A stretch of DNA of 41,043 nt from assembly GCA_030696465.1 (NCBI GenBank), contig JAUYSE010000200.1, positions 1 to 41,043 of the forward strand. The letters are read 5' to 3'. The notes below the pieces were generated by a model. That model did no database searches. It worked only from the letters and a program-made list of their open reading frames with translations, and was not told the DNA's origin. Each line of letters begins with the position of its first letter. Positions within the stretch are counted from its first letter, which is position 1. Shown here piece by piece: positions 30,864-39,628 of this stretch. The translations under genes and the position numbers were made by a program. Source of the stretch: Legionellaceae bacterium (GTDB taxonomy: Bacteria > Pseudomonadota > Gammaproteobacteria > Legionellales > Legionellaceae).

Positions 30864-32684
30864 TTATACGTCTTCTTTACGAGAGGCACGTTTACGCGCA
30901 TTCTCCAACAACATTTTTTTCCGTATACGAATCGACTTCGGTGTGACTTCTACTAGCTCATCATCATCAATAAACTCTAATGCTTGCTCTAAAGTCATGA
31001 CAATAGCCGGTGTCAACACAATATTTTCATCTGTTCCGGAGGCACGAATATTCGTCAATTGTTTTTCTTTTGTCACATTGATCACTAAGTCGTTATCACG
31101 GGAGTGAATCCCTACGACCAAGCCTTCATATACTGGCGTTTGCGGTCCAATAAACATGCGACCACGATCTTGTAATTGAAACAAAGCGTATCCACGTGCA
31201 ATGCCTTGTCCATTAGAAATCAAGACCCCTTGCGCTCGCTTTCCAACTCGTGCGCGCACTAATGGTCCATAATGACTGAACACATGGTACATGAGGCCGG
31301 TACCTGAAGTACTGGATAAAAACTCTGTGTGAAAGCCGATCAACCCTCGAGTAGGAATGGTGTAGTCTAAACGTACACGACCCTTGCCGTCCGGGACCAT
31401 ATTTTGCATGTCACCTCGACGCTCTCCCAATTTTTCCATGAGGATACCTTGATGGGTCTCTTCCACGTCTACTGTCAAGTTTTCATATGGTTCTGACCAC
31501 TCTTCGCCCTCTTGTTTGAGAATGACTTCTGGTTTGGATATAGCTAACTCATAACCTTCACGGCGCATATTTTCAATTAAAATAGATAAATGCAATTCAC
31601 CTCGGCCAGACACTCTGAATTTATCCGGGTCTGCCGTATCTTCTACGCGTAAAGCAACATTATGTAATAATTCTGTTTGGAGACGCTCTCGAATTTTTCG
31701 ACTCGTCAAATATTTTCCTTCCTGACCTGCAAAAGGAGAATCATTCACTTGGAATACCATACCGATAGTAGGTTCATCGACCAATAACGCCGGCAACGCC
31801 TCTACCAGATCAGGTTGACACAATGTATCAGAAATATGCAGATTATCAACCCCGGTTACAGCAACAATTTCTCCAGCATTGGCACGCTCTACCTCTGCAC
31901 GCTCTAGACCATAAAATCCCAGCACTTGTAATATACGCGCAGATCTGACGTTTCCTTCAATATCAATGATTTTTATAGCTGTTTTCGGTGTAATGTTTCC
32001 ACGTGTAACACGACCTATGCCAATGGTGCCTACATAAGGGGAGTAATCAAGAGAGCTAATTTGCATTTGAAAAGGCCCTTCTGAATCAACATCAGGTGGC
32101 GCCACTTCTTCGATGATCATCTCTAAGAGAGGATCCATAGAATTACTTTCTTCATCTAGGTTCCGCTTCGCAAACCCAAGTAAGGCAGAAGTATAAATCA
32201 CAGGAAAATCTAATTGACTCTCTGTTGCACCTAAATTATCAAACAGATCAAATACTTGATCAACAACCCATTCTGGACGCGCCCCTGGTCTATCTATTTT
32301 ATTGACCACAACAATAGGACGTAATCCCCGTGCAAATGCTTTTTGTGTGACAAAACGTGTTTGTGGCATTGGGCCGTCTACAGCGTCTACTAGGAGTAAT
32401 ACACTATCCACCATCGATAATATACGTTCTACTTCACCACCAAAATCGGCATGACCAGGTGTATCAACAATATTAATGTGATAACCATTCCAATGTACCG
32501 ATGTATTTTTGGCAAGAATCGTGATTCCACGCTCTTTTTCAATATCATTAGAGTCCATTACCCGTTCTATTCTCGGCGCTCTTTCATCCAAGGTATGGGT
32601 TTGTTGTAATAATTTATCCACTAAAGTGGTTTTTCCATGATCAACATGGGCTATGATTGCGACATTCCGGATTTTCTGTATCAT
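30864..32684 (-). CDS. typA: Translational GTPase TypA/BipA
   Basis: 606 aa with [29 protein letters not shown] and NKIDR motifs. Confidence 0.96.
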   Translation of the reverse strand: MIQKIRNVAIIAHVDHGKTTLVDKLLQQTHTLDERAPRIERVMDSNDIEKERGITILAKNTSVHWNGYHINIVDTPGHADFGGEVERILSMVDSVLLLVDAVDGPMPQTRFVTQKAFARGLRPIVVVNKIDRPGARPEWVVDQVFDLFDNLGATESQLDFPVIYTSALLGFAKRNLDEESNSMDPLLEMIIEEVAPPDVDSEGPFQMQISSLDYSPYVGTIGIGRVTRGNITPKTAIKIIDIEGNVRSARILQVLGFYGLERAEVERANAGEIVAVTGVDNLHISDTLCQPDLVEALPALLVDEPTIGMVFQVNDSPFAGQEGKYLTSRKIRERLQTELLHNVALRVEDTADPDKFRVSGRGELHLSILIENMRREGYELAISKPEVILKQEGEEWSEPYENLTVDVEETHQGILMEKLGERRGDMQNMVPDGKGRVRLDYTIPTRGLIGFHTEFLSSTSGTGLMYHVFSHYGPLVRARVGKRAQGVLISNGQGIARGYALFQLQDRGRMFIGPQTPVYEGLVVGIHSRDNDLVINVTKEKQLTNIRASGTDENIVLTPAIVMTLEQALEFIDDDELVEVTPKSIRIRKKMLLENARKRASRKEDV

Positions 32685-32800
32685 AAAATTTCACTTATAC
32701 TCACGAAAGAATTCTAACTATTATTTTAAGAACCAATATGATAACAAAAATTGTTCATAATGCACAATGTAATAATTTCATATTATTTATAAAATTTTGC

Positions 32801-32830
32801 TTGTTATTCAACCAGTCCGTGCCGTATAAT
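32801..32830 (+). promoter_or_regulatory. Candidate sigma70 promoter for the 928-aa ORF
   Basis: TTGTTA (32801-32806), an 18-nt spacer, then TATAAT (32825-32830), 38 nt upstream of the ATG at 32869. Confidence 0.4.
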
Positions 32831-32868
32831 ATAGCGCAAGTTGGTCTTTAAGGCAGGGCTATCTCCGC

Positions 32869-35655
32869 ATGGGACCCAAAGAAGCGTCACCAAGCAACAC
32901 TATCAGCAACGGATTCTTTTCAACGATCCCGAACCCTGTGCATTATTTATCTGCAAAAACAAAACAATTTTGGTCTTACTTTTATCCCAAAATAAACCCC
33001 TCTGCCGACAACAATATCTGGAAGAAAGGCCATAGAAATGGCATCCCTTATAGCTTGTATGGCGGATTTGACTCTCTCAGTATTCTCTATAACATCATAA
33101 ATGCTCTCGCCAAGCTCTACAATAATATCTCTGATAACGATAACCTTGCCACTGATATCATGCATAACTGGCTTACTAGTCCTTGGGGTATTGCCATTAC
33201 CGTTATCGAAGGCATTATTCTCCTCTCCTGGGGTATTATTGCAAACTTTTTTAGAGAGAAACACTCAAAGAAAGATACCATCGGTAAAGCCATTGCAAAG
33301 TCGTGGCTTTACCTACGAGACGTCCTCAAAGGGGTAAAAAACGTCTTACGTGGCATGCAAAATGCTTTTTTACTCCTTGTTCTTTTAGGGGCAGCGGTAA
33401 TGCCCTATTTCTTCCCTATTTGCGTCGCAGTAATTGGCGTTTCAATGATCCAACAAATATGGCGTAGAACTTTACGAGAAGAACGAAAAAATATAGAAAA
33501 AGACAATGAGGAAGAAATCTCTAAAATATTGGCAGATTATACCTATGATGCAAAAACCCAAGGCCTAAGAAAAACCCGAACAAACCAAAGCCGCCTTACT
33601 ACCCGCCTCGCCTATGTATCAGCGACCTATGCAGGTATTTTAAATGGCTTTTATTGGTATGCGGGCATTGCTACGCTTTGCGTTTTAAATCCCGCATGGA
33701 CGTTTACACTAATTGGCATCACTCTATTTTTTATGGTCTCCACGATCATTACGCGCATTCATGAAGAATATGAATTTCAACGCAAATGTAATATCACGGA
33801 AGATCGCCTTAATATTGCGCAAAGTTATCAGGAATTACTAAAATGGAACGCAAACATCGAAGCATTTGAAAAAGCTGATGCTCTCAAAAAAGCTGCCGCG
33901 CTCAACGAGTTAGAGGCCAATCTGAATAAATTATTAAAAGCGCAACAAGCATTACGAGCCCACTCCCTCCAATCTCCGGCCTCTGCTGTTCTCGAAGGGA
34001 TGCAAAACCATCTTGCTGTCTACGGCATTATTACAGCAATTATTATTGCCAGTTCTCTCTTTTTTGCCATTCCTCCTGTTGTGCTTATTACCGCAGTATT
34101 AATCGGATTAACTTGTTTTCCGGTATTAGTTGCCCATTCTTGGCGCAAACATAAAAAACATATTGAGGAAACAGAAAAAAAATATAATCCAAATGCTGAC
34201 GCCTTGGAAAATAAAATTCGTGATTTAATCGTCGTCATAAAAACGCCGGGTATAAACTATTCTCAGGAAATCGTGACACTTGTTGACTTAGTCTACCCGA
34301 ATAAAATCGACATCAACCATAATCCAGACACGCCAACATTACCAAAATCTCCTATTACAGCAACTGACGCAACCGCGCCTCTCCCAAAAACAATCGACAC
34401 TACTAACCCTCTTGAACCCCCGAAACCTGGTAATAAAGAATTAGATGCAATTGAAGTTGCACGCACTACCCTTGCAGGAGTAAAGCAAGGCGCTCGCTCT
34501 TTTAGTTTTATAGCGACATTCACTCAAATACTTGATAGCCAAGGACATTGGAGGGACAATCCGATTACTGCTGCATTTTCTATAGGTTTTGCCCTGACAA
34601 ACGCTTCTGTTTATTTTGTCAAAGCCATGTCCAGTACCTATGGTAAAGATAATAATCAGCCCGTCAGTCCCGCTTCAAGTCCAATGACTTCGCCTTCAAA
34701 ATTTGCAAGCCTGCATAAACTTGCAAAAAAATGCAGCGGAAAATGTCTTGATGCAGTAAAATCAATCAAAACGTTCTTCACCTCTAAAGTATCAGACCCT
34801 CTCTCTAAAAATAATAAATCTGACACTATTCCATCTACATTTAATACTATTAATAGCCAGCTTGAACAAGATAAATCTGATACCAAGCCCCCTTTGAATA
34901 CTACAAAAGACCAACAAAAAGCGACGACACCACCCTCTCCAATTCCCCAACAATCCGAAGTTTATCCTCCTCCCAATGCAAAGAAAACTCCCCAAAAAGC
35001 ATCTGAGCCACTCTTTCCAATGTCTTCTCTTCCCAACGCAGCAGAATCTACAACACAAAAAGTGTTACCTGCGCCAACTAACACTAAAACCTCTGCGGAT
35101 CCACTCTTTCTAGACGCAAAAACTACCGTACACACGCCAGCCCTATTCACCATCTCTCCGGCATCTACACCCTCTATTTCCCCCCTTCCCACCGCAGCAA
35201 CTAGAGTGCATGAGCTGCCGCCTAAGTCCATCGATACAACAACCCCTGTGGCTTCTTCAGGCAGGCCAACTCAGACAAAACCGCCCACATCTACACCGCA
35301 AAAACAACAACATTCACTTTCACGATCTACTTTATTCAAAGATCTTGTAACTCCCCCCCGTACTCCCCTAGCAGATACAACTGATACATTCCCAACTCAT
35401 CGAAAAATTAGTGCCTCTACTAATTCATGCTCACATTGGACTCGGTCTTCAAGAGGGAGTGCAGCAACACCATCGAGATTACCTAACCATTTAGGTACGT
35501 ATTTAAGTACGAGCACTCTGGAAATTAGTACTCTTCCAGAAAGCAGCACACCAATTGGCTTCTTATCAAGTCATTCTGGCAAATTGGAAAAAAAAAACTT
35601 CCCGGAGCACCACGAACCGGAGAGAGCTCTTTTTATAATACCCTTCGCTGTATAA
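32869..35655 (+). CDS. Hypothetical 928-aa polytopic membrane protein with coiled-coil segment and a 330-aa Pro/Thr/Ser-rich disordered tail; candidate secreted effector
   Basis: Long uninterrupted ORF. Hydrophobic hairpins lie at about aa 105-127, 166-197, 248-296 and 383-424, with heptad-like K/E/A/L-rich stretches at aa 300-365. From aa 595 it is low complexity (TPPSPIPQQSEVYPPPNAKKTPQK...). The C-terminus PEHHEPERALFIIPFAV is Glu-rich. I recognise no enzyme motif. Confidence 0.8.
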   Translation: MGPKEASPSNTISNGFFSTIPNPVHYLSAKTKQFWSYFYPKINPSADNNIWKKGHRNGIPYSLYGGFDSLSILYNIINALAKLYNNISDNDNLATDIMHNWLTSPWGIAITVIEGIILLSWGIIANFFREKHSKKDTIGKAIAKSWLYLRDVLKGVKNVLRGMQNAFLLLVLLGAAVMPYFFPICVAVIGVSMIQQIWRRTLREERKNIEKDNEEEISKILADYTYDAKTQGLRKTRTNQSRLTTRLAYVSATYAGILNGFYWYAGIATLCVLNPAWTFTLIGITLFFMVSTIITRIHEEYEFQRKCNITEDRLNIAQSYQELLKWNANIEAFEKADALKKAAALNELEANLNKLLKAQQALRAHSLQSPASAVLEGMQNHLAVYGIITAIIIASSLFFAIPPVVLITAVLIGLTCFPVLVAHSWRKHKKHIEETEKKYNPNADALENKIRDLIVVIKTPGINYSQEIVTLVDLVYPNKIDINHNPDTPTLPKSPITATDATAPLPKTIDTTNPLEPPKPGNKELDAIEVARTTLAGVKQGARSFSFIATFTQILDSQGHWRDNPITAAFSIGFALTNASVYFVKAMSSTYGKDNNQPVSPASSPMTSPSKFASLHKLAKKCSGKCLDAVKSIKTFFTSKVSDPLSKNNKSDTIPSTFNTINSQLEQDKSDTKPPLNTTKDQQKATTPPSPIPQQSEVYPPPNAKKTPQKASEPLFPMSSLPNAAESTTQKVLPAPTNTKTSADPLFLDAKTTVHTPALFTISPASTPSISPLPTAATRVHELPPKSIDTTTPVASSGRPTQTKPPTSTPQKQQHSLSRSTLFKDLVTPPRTPLADTTDTFPTHRKISASTNSCSHWTRSSRGSAATPSRLPNHLGTYLSTSTLEISTLPESSTPIGFLSSHSGKLEKKNFPEHHEPERALFIIPFAV

Positions 35656-35718
35656 TATAGATGCCTCCCTTAACCCAACCACGATAGCATCACAGAGAAA
35701 TGTTGGTTATAGCTTATT

Positions 35719-36336
35719 TTATGCGCAAGGTATATTCTGAGTGTGGTACAACTCTGGATTCAATGTTTTATCGTTATACATTTTAAATTGTTGATATATC
35801 CGAAAAGTGCGAGATCCCAAGCGCACAGCTTCAAGCAACTCTATAAGACATTGGCCCAATTCTTTTCTCTGAAGAAGCAAAATTTGCCATTTGTAAGTAC
35901 AACTCTCACGATGCGATTCATCAACATCCGATCGACATGTTTGTATATGCATATGGTATATTTTTAATGCTAAAATAGATAAACGATCTATCATCATACC
36001 GGGAGTTTCGGAGTGTAATACACTTTTTTCTGGAGAACATGGCTGGAATATATCAATGCAAGCAGAATCTATTTTTTCCATTCTATTGTTGCGTTGTTGA
36101 TTGAATGTATCTATAGCGCGCTTCGCTTCATACACAAATTGATACCCTTGATCTTCTCGGCGTGCTTTATCCTCCGCCAACCAAAGACAATAGTTAAACC
36201 AATGGTTTTCTTCTACTTCTCTTAAAACACCTTGTTGCGTCATGTATGGATCAGAAATCACTGCTGCTGCTTTCCAGCGAGCCAGTGCCTGATCCTGCAA
36301 AATTAGCAAATTCTCGACAAACTTTTGGATATCCAT
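35719..36336 (-). CDS. Hypothetical cytoplasmic helical protein, 205 aa (possibly DUF4254-like; family assignment from memory only)
   Basis: ORF with motifs NYCLWLAEDKARRED and ETPGMMIDRLSILALKIYHM. The start is set at the first ATG (36336); the track start at 36372 is a TTG. Confidence 0.7.
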   Translation of the reverse strand: MDIQKFVENLLILQDQALARWKAAAVISDPYMTQQGVLREVEENHWFNYCLWLAEDKARREDQGYQFVYEAKRAIDTFNQQRNNRMEKIDSACIDIFQPCSPEKSVLHSETPGMMIDRLSILALKIYHMHIQTCRSDVDESHRESCTYKWQILLLQRKELGQCLIELLEAVRLGSRTFRIYQQFKMYNDKTLNPELYHTQNIPCA

Positions 36337-36387
36337 GCTTTTTCTCTCTATAATGGTGGCTACAGCGTACAATATAATGAATGCATT

Positions 36388-36885
36388 ATGCTCAAAAATG
36401 TCACTGCAATAATTTTATCCTTTCGATTGTTTCAAGTGGGACTATGTCTTGTGAGTATTGGGGGTCACGCTGCACAACCACTTCCCAATCATTGTACTCC
36501 TATCGTCATTGAAGGAGAATTTCTTTCTTTTGACACTCAAAAACCAGGTGTTTTTTTACTGCATAATATATCAAATTACCAAGTTTGGCTTACCCGTGTT
36601 AATACGCATGAGGAACAACAAAGCTCTGAGCTAAGCCCAGATAAATGGACGACTATCGTGATCAAAGACCGAAAATTAGAATACCAATGCATTGAATCAT
36701 CACCTGGGCACGAGCAAGAAATGCCGTGTCAACTAATGCTCATGGCATGCCAATGGTCAAAAGGCTCGATTCCAAGCACAGTCACTCATTCTATGCTTGC
36801 CCTCGAAAATGAAACACTAGCACAAACTAGAAGTATTTTAGGTAGCCGAGGATTTCACTTAGACGTCCAACAATCTAAAGCATAA
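36388..36885 (+). CDS. Hypothetical secreted protein, 165 aa, four Cys in the mature part
   Basis: The start was moved to the ATG at 36388, which yields a classical signal peptide MLKNVTAIILSFRLFQVGLCLVSIGGHA/AQP. The track start at 36325 would overlap the divergent gene. Confidence 0.65.
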   Translation: MLKNVTAIILSFRLFQVGLCLVSIGGHAAQPLPNHCTPIVIEGEFLSFDTQKPGVFLLHNISNYQVWLTRVNTHEEQQSSELSPDKWTTIVIKDRKLEYQCIESSPGHEQEMPCQLMLMACQWSKGSIPSTVTHSMLALENETLAQTRSILGSRGFHLDVQQSKA

Positions 36886-36924
36886 TGGGCGCAGAATGGA
36901 TGTTCCTCTACGCCCCATTCTCTG

Positions 36925-37209
36925 TTATTTTTCACGTGACCCTACATATTTATCATCAAAATAACGACGTAATTTTGTACGCAACGTACCTCGACTAATC
37001 CCTAATAATGCGGCAGCTCGTGATTGGTTATATTTGCAATGTTCCATTACTGCTTTAAACAATGGAGTTTCTATTTCTTCTAAAACAAAGAAATATAAAT
37101 CAACCGGTTCTGTTCCTTTTAACTCAGTAAAATATTTCTGAACCGACTGTGCAACGTTATCCGCCAGTGAAGCACCTTGATTTCCGAGCTGTTGTGAGAT
37201 CGTGCTCAT
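36925..37209 (-). CDS. fis: DNA-binding nucleoid protein Fis
   Basis: 94 aa with a C-terminal HTH (NQSRAAALLGISRGTLRTKLRRY) and a central LYFFVLEEIETPLFKAVMEH block that align to E. coli Fis. Confidence 0.9.
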   Translation of the reverse strand: MSTISQQLGNQGASLADNVAQSVQKYFTELKGTEPVDLYFFVLEEIETPLFKAVMEHCKYNQSRAAALLGISRGTLRTKLRRYFDDKYVGSREK

Positions 37210-37339
37210 ACCCTCTTAACTCCTTTTTTAAAAATAAAGATATTACCGAACCCAGCCCTCTATGACAAGTAATATTGCAACATAGCTGTAATCTGACTTA
37301 TAGTACGCTTCATGTATAATTTAGAATATATGAGCACTG

Positions 37340-37636
37340 ATGAATAATATATTACCCATGCTAGGCACCCTAGCCATCGTATTACCCCTTCTGCTTGCTT
37401 TACTCTATTGCTTTAGAAAAGCAGCAGGCTCTAGCTGCACTGATAACGATTTTATTCGTATTATCAGTGAATTACCCGTAGGGACTAAAGAGCGTATTCT
37501 CGTATTAGAAGTTAATGATACGACTCTTATTGTAGGGGTCACCGCTCAACAAATGAATCTCTTACATGTCATAGAGGAGTCGACCCTGGTAGAAAATCCT
37601 GCATATCAAAAACCGGCGCTCTCTTTAGGAAGCTAA
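37340..37636 (+). CDS. FliO-family small membrane protein (orphan; no other flagellar or T3SS export gene in the window)
   Basis: 98 aa with a single N-terminal TM (LGTLAIVLPLLLALLYCF). It is followed by LPVGTKERILVLEVNDTTLIVGVTAQQMNLLHVIE. This closely parallels E. coli FliO LGARERVVVVDVEDARLVLGVTAGQINLLHKLP, recalled from memory. Confidence 0.7.
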   Translation: MNNILPMLGTLAIVLPLLLALLYCFRKAAGSSCTDNDFIRIISELPVGTKERILVLEVNDTTLIVGVTAQQMNLLHVIEESTLVENPAYQKPALSLGS

Positions 37637-37719
37637 CTAGGGGGCAGCTGATTATCTCAGTGACTACCGACATTTCTGCCTCCTAATGATCGCAAGAAGA
37701 CCAGGGAGGATGAAAATAA

Positions 37720-37750
37720 CTTGCATATATATATCACGCGCAGTATATAA
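37720..37750 (+). promoter_or_regulatory. Candidate sigma70 promoter for epmB
   Basis: TTGCAT (37720-37725), a 17-nt spacer to TATATA (37743-37748) or a 19-nt spacer to TATAAT (37745-37750), about 45 nt upstream of the ATG at 37793. Confidence 0.5.
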
Positions 37751-37792
37751 TCTATCCATCATTGAAAGATATTCTAAAAGGTTTTTTTCATT

Positions 37793-38758
37793 ATGCATTG
37801 GCAACAACATTTAATTCAGGGCTTTACCTCTAATCAGGATCTTTTAAATTATTTAGAGTTACCTCCTGACAGTAGCCATGACGCAGCACTTACTTTTAAG
37901 ACAAAAGTCCCTTTAGGATTTGCAGCACGGATGCAAAAAGGAAATCGTCATGATCCTCTCCTTATACAAGTATTGGCGGATCCCCAAGAACTCGAATCTC
38001 CGACAGAATATGTTCAAGATCCCTTAAGTGAACTCGATGCCAACCCGATCCCCGGCTTATTACATAAATACCACGGCCGAGTTCTACTAACACTGACTCA
38101 AGCGTGTGCAGTACATTGCCGCTATTGTTTTCGCCGACACTTCCCTTATGCGGATAATAATCCTAAGTCTAATCAATGGGAACGTGTGCTCCAATATATT
38201 GCCAATGATCCCAGTATTTATGAAGTGATTTTAAGTGGAGGAGATCCACTTATGCTGGCAGATAAAACCCTGCTGCTCTTTATAGAACAACTTAATCATA
38301 TTGCACATGTGGATATTTTGCGTTTTCACACGCGACTCCCTATTGTATTGCCTGAGCGGATTGATAGCTCCCTTTTGCATACTCTACAACAATCTCGCCC
38401 ACAAGTGGTTTTTGTTATGCACTGTAATCATCCACAAGAAATAGACGAACAAGTCATTCTTGCCTGCCAACGGCTACGTGAGCAAAATTTACCCTTGTAT
38501 AATCAATCCGTATTACTGGCGGGGGTAAATGATAACAGCGACCTTCTGGCAATGCTTAGCCGACGATTATTCAATATAGGCGTGCAACCTTATTACCTAC
38601 ATGCTCTCGATAAGGTCGCGGGCGCTCATCACTTTTTTGTCCCAGAAGAACGTGCGCAAGCTATTTATCAGCAATTGCACGCAAAACTACCCGGCTACTT
38701 ATTGCCTAAATGGGTAAAGGAAGAACCCAATACCCTGGGAAAGACGTTTTTAGGGTAA
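37793..38758 (+). CDS. epmB: EF-P beta-lysylation protein EpmB (lysine 2,3-aminomutase-like radical SAM enzyme, YjeK)
   Basis: 321 aa with the radical SAM CxxxCxxC motif in LTQACAVHCRYCFRRHF, plus SGGDPL and KAM-family C-terminal blocks. Confidence 0.88.
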   Translation: MHWQQHLIQGFTSNQDLLNYLELPPDSSHDAALTFKTKVPLGFAARMQKGNRHDPLLIQVLADPQELESPTEYVQDPLSELDANPIPGLLHKYHGRVLLTLTQACAVHCRYCFRRHFPYADNNPKSNQWERVLQYIANDPSIYEVILSGGDPLMLADKTLLLFIEQLNHIAHVDILRFHTRLPIVLPERIDSSLLHTLQQSRPQVVFVMHCNHPQEIDEQVILACQRLREQNLPLYNQSVLLAGVNDNSDLLAMLSRRLFNIGVQPYYLHALDKVAGAHHFFVPEERAQAIYQQLHAKLPGYLLPKWVKEEPNTLGKTFLG

Positions 38759-38785
38759 AAAAAAGCGGCCATTGGCCGCTTTTTT
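38757..38785. terminator. Bidirectional intrinsic terminator between epmB and the convergent 181-aa ORF
   Basis: The sequence is A8, gcggcc, att, ggccgc, T6: a GC stem flanked by an A-run and a T-run. It overlaps both stop codons. Confidence 0.8.
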
Positions 38786-39329
38786 ATGATTGGAAAGAGG
38801 GTTCTGCTCCCGGTAGCGGCTCATTTTCTGGGGCTACAGATGCTTGCTGACTAGACACAAAATTCGCTGCGGGTTGAAGTGGCAAGGGTTGAGGAACTTT
38901 AGGACCCAACGCATTGACCATCGATGTGACAGAATTATTTTCTGTTGCGTTTACAACTGGAGCTGATTCGGTAGCGTCATTTGGCTTGCTTGTAAATTTG
39001 CTTTTTAACCAAGAAGCAACCGAGTACAAACCTGAACCCACTGCTTCTAAGAGCAATGTTGCAGCAACACCCATCACGCCAACTATGGCAGAGGCTACTG
39101 GTAAAGCCATTTCAGCCAAGAAAGGCATTATTTTAATGAAAAAAGCCGCTACTGGCGGTAAAAAATAAGTAACCAAGCCTAGTGTCAAACCGATTACACA
39201 AGCCAGACCAAACATCAATATTTTACTACCATGTTTATTAAAAAATCCTTTCTCCGGCTCATTTGATTTAACAGGCACAGGGGCTCCTGCAAGTTGTGCT
39301 CCCTTTGCTGTTGGAATGGGACTTGGCAT
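38784..39329 (-). CDS. Hypothetical small membrane protein, 181 aa, central bilobed hydrophobic domain flanked by Pro-rich disordered termini
   Basis: AAGGAG RBS 8 nt upstream of the ATG. The hydrophobic block at aa 37-108 has 2-3 TM segments. The C-terminus ...APENEPLPGAEPSFQS is Glu/Pro-rich. Confidence 0.7.
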   Translation of the reverse strand: MPSPIPTAKGAQLAGAPVPVKSNEPEKGFFNKHGSKILMFGLACVIGLTLGLVTYFLPPVAAFFIKIMPFLAEMALPVASAIVGVMGVAATLLLEAVGSGLYSVASWLKSKFTSKPNDATESAPVVNATENNSVTSMVNALGPKVPQPLPLQPAANFVSSQQASVAPENEPLPGAEPSFQS

Positions 39330-39448
39330 AAAAATTACTCCTTTAAATTAGTTTAAAAAACGTCCAAATGCTAACACAACTCTTTTTGGCTTACAAGCTA
39401 GATAGATCAATATATAGTCAATTGTCAACACATCCTAATTAGATTTCT

Positions 39449-39628
39449 CAGCCATTCCCGCCCAACCCCAAAACGCTGCCAAACAAGGCATCCGATAAAA
39501 TTCTTTTCGCAAACCCTCACAACGCATGGACGCGCTGTGAGAGCATCAGGATGATTTTATGCGTGTTTGTGAAAAGAATTTTATCGGAATGCCTTGTTAC
39601 CACTGATATAATTAGGCGGGAATTCCTG
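39449..39628. mobile_element. Family-2 MITE-like element, full copy (180 bp) in the divergent intergenic region between the 181-aa ORF and the 185-aa secreted-protein gene
   Basis: It has the same outer ends as the 26074 copy (cagccattcccgcc ... ggcgggaattcct) and the same central block. It is flanked by the 9-bp direct repeat tagatttct (39440-39448 and 39629-39637). Its inner arms, about 27 bp, are self-complementary but differ in sequence from copy 1. Confidence 0.8.

Noticed and set aside
32685-32868. Search for PmrA-type tandem TTAATATT boxes upstream of the 928-aa ORF, and at 39330-39440 upstream of the 181-aa ORF
   Set aside because: I found no convincing tandem repeat of the motif by eye, only generic AT-rich sequence. 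I therefore make no claim of PmrA regulation.
35656-35718. Possible terminator hairpins between the 928-aa ORF and the convergent gene, and at 36886-36924 before fis
   Set aside because: The stems are only 7-8 bp with bulges, the loops are about 20 nt, and there are no U-tracts. This is not strong enough to annotate.
36337-36372. TTG-initiated 12-codon extension of the 205-aa ORF, and the matching 36325-36387 extension of the secreted-protein ORF
   Set aside because: The two extensions would make the divergent genes overlap head-to-head. The first ATGs give a sensible soluble N-terminus and a classical signal peptide respectively.
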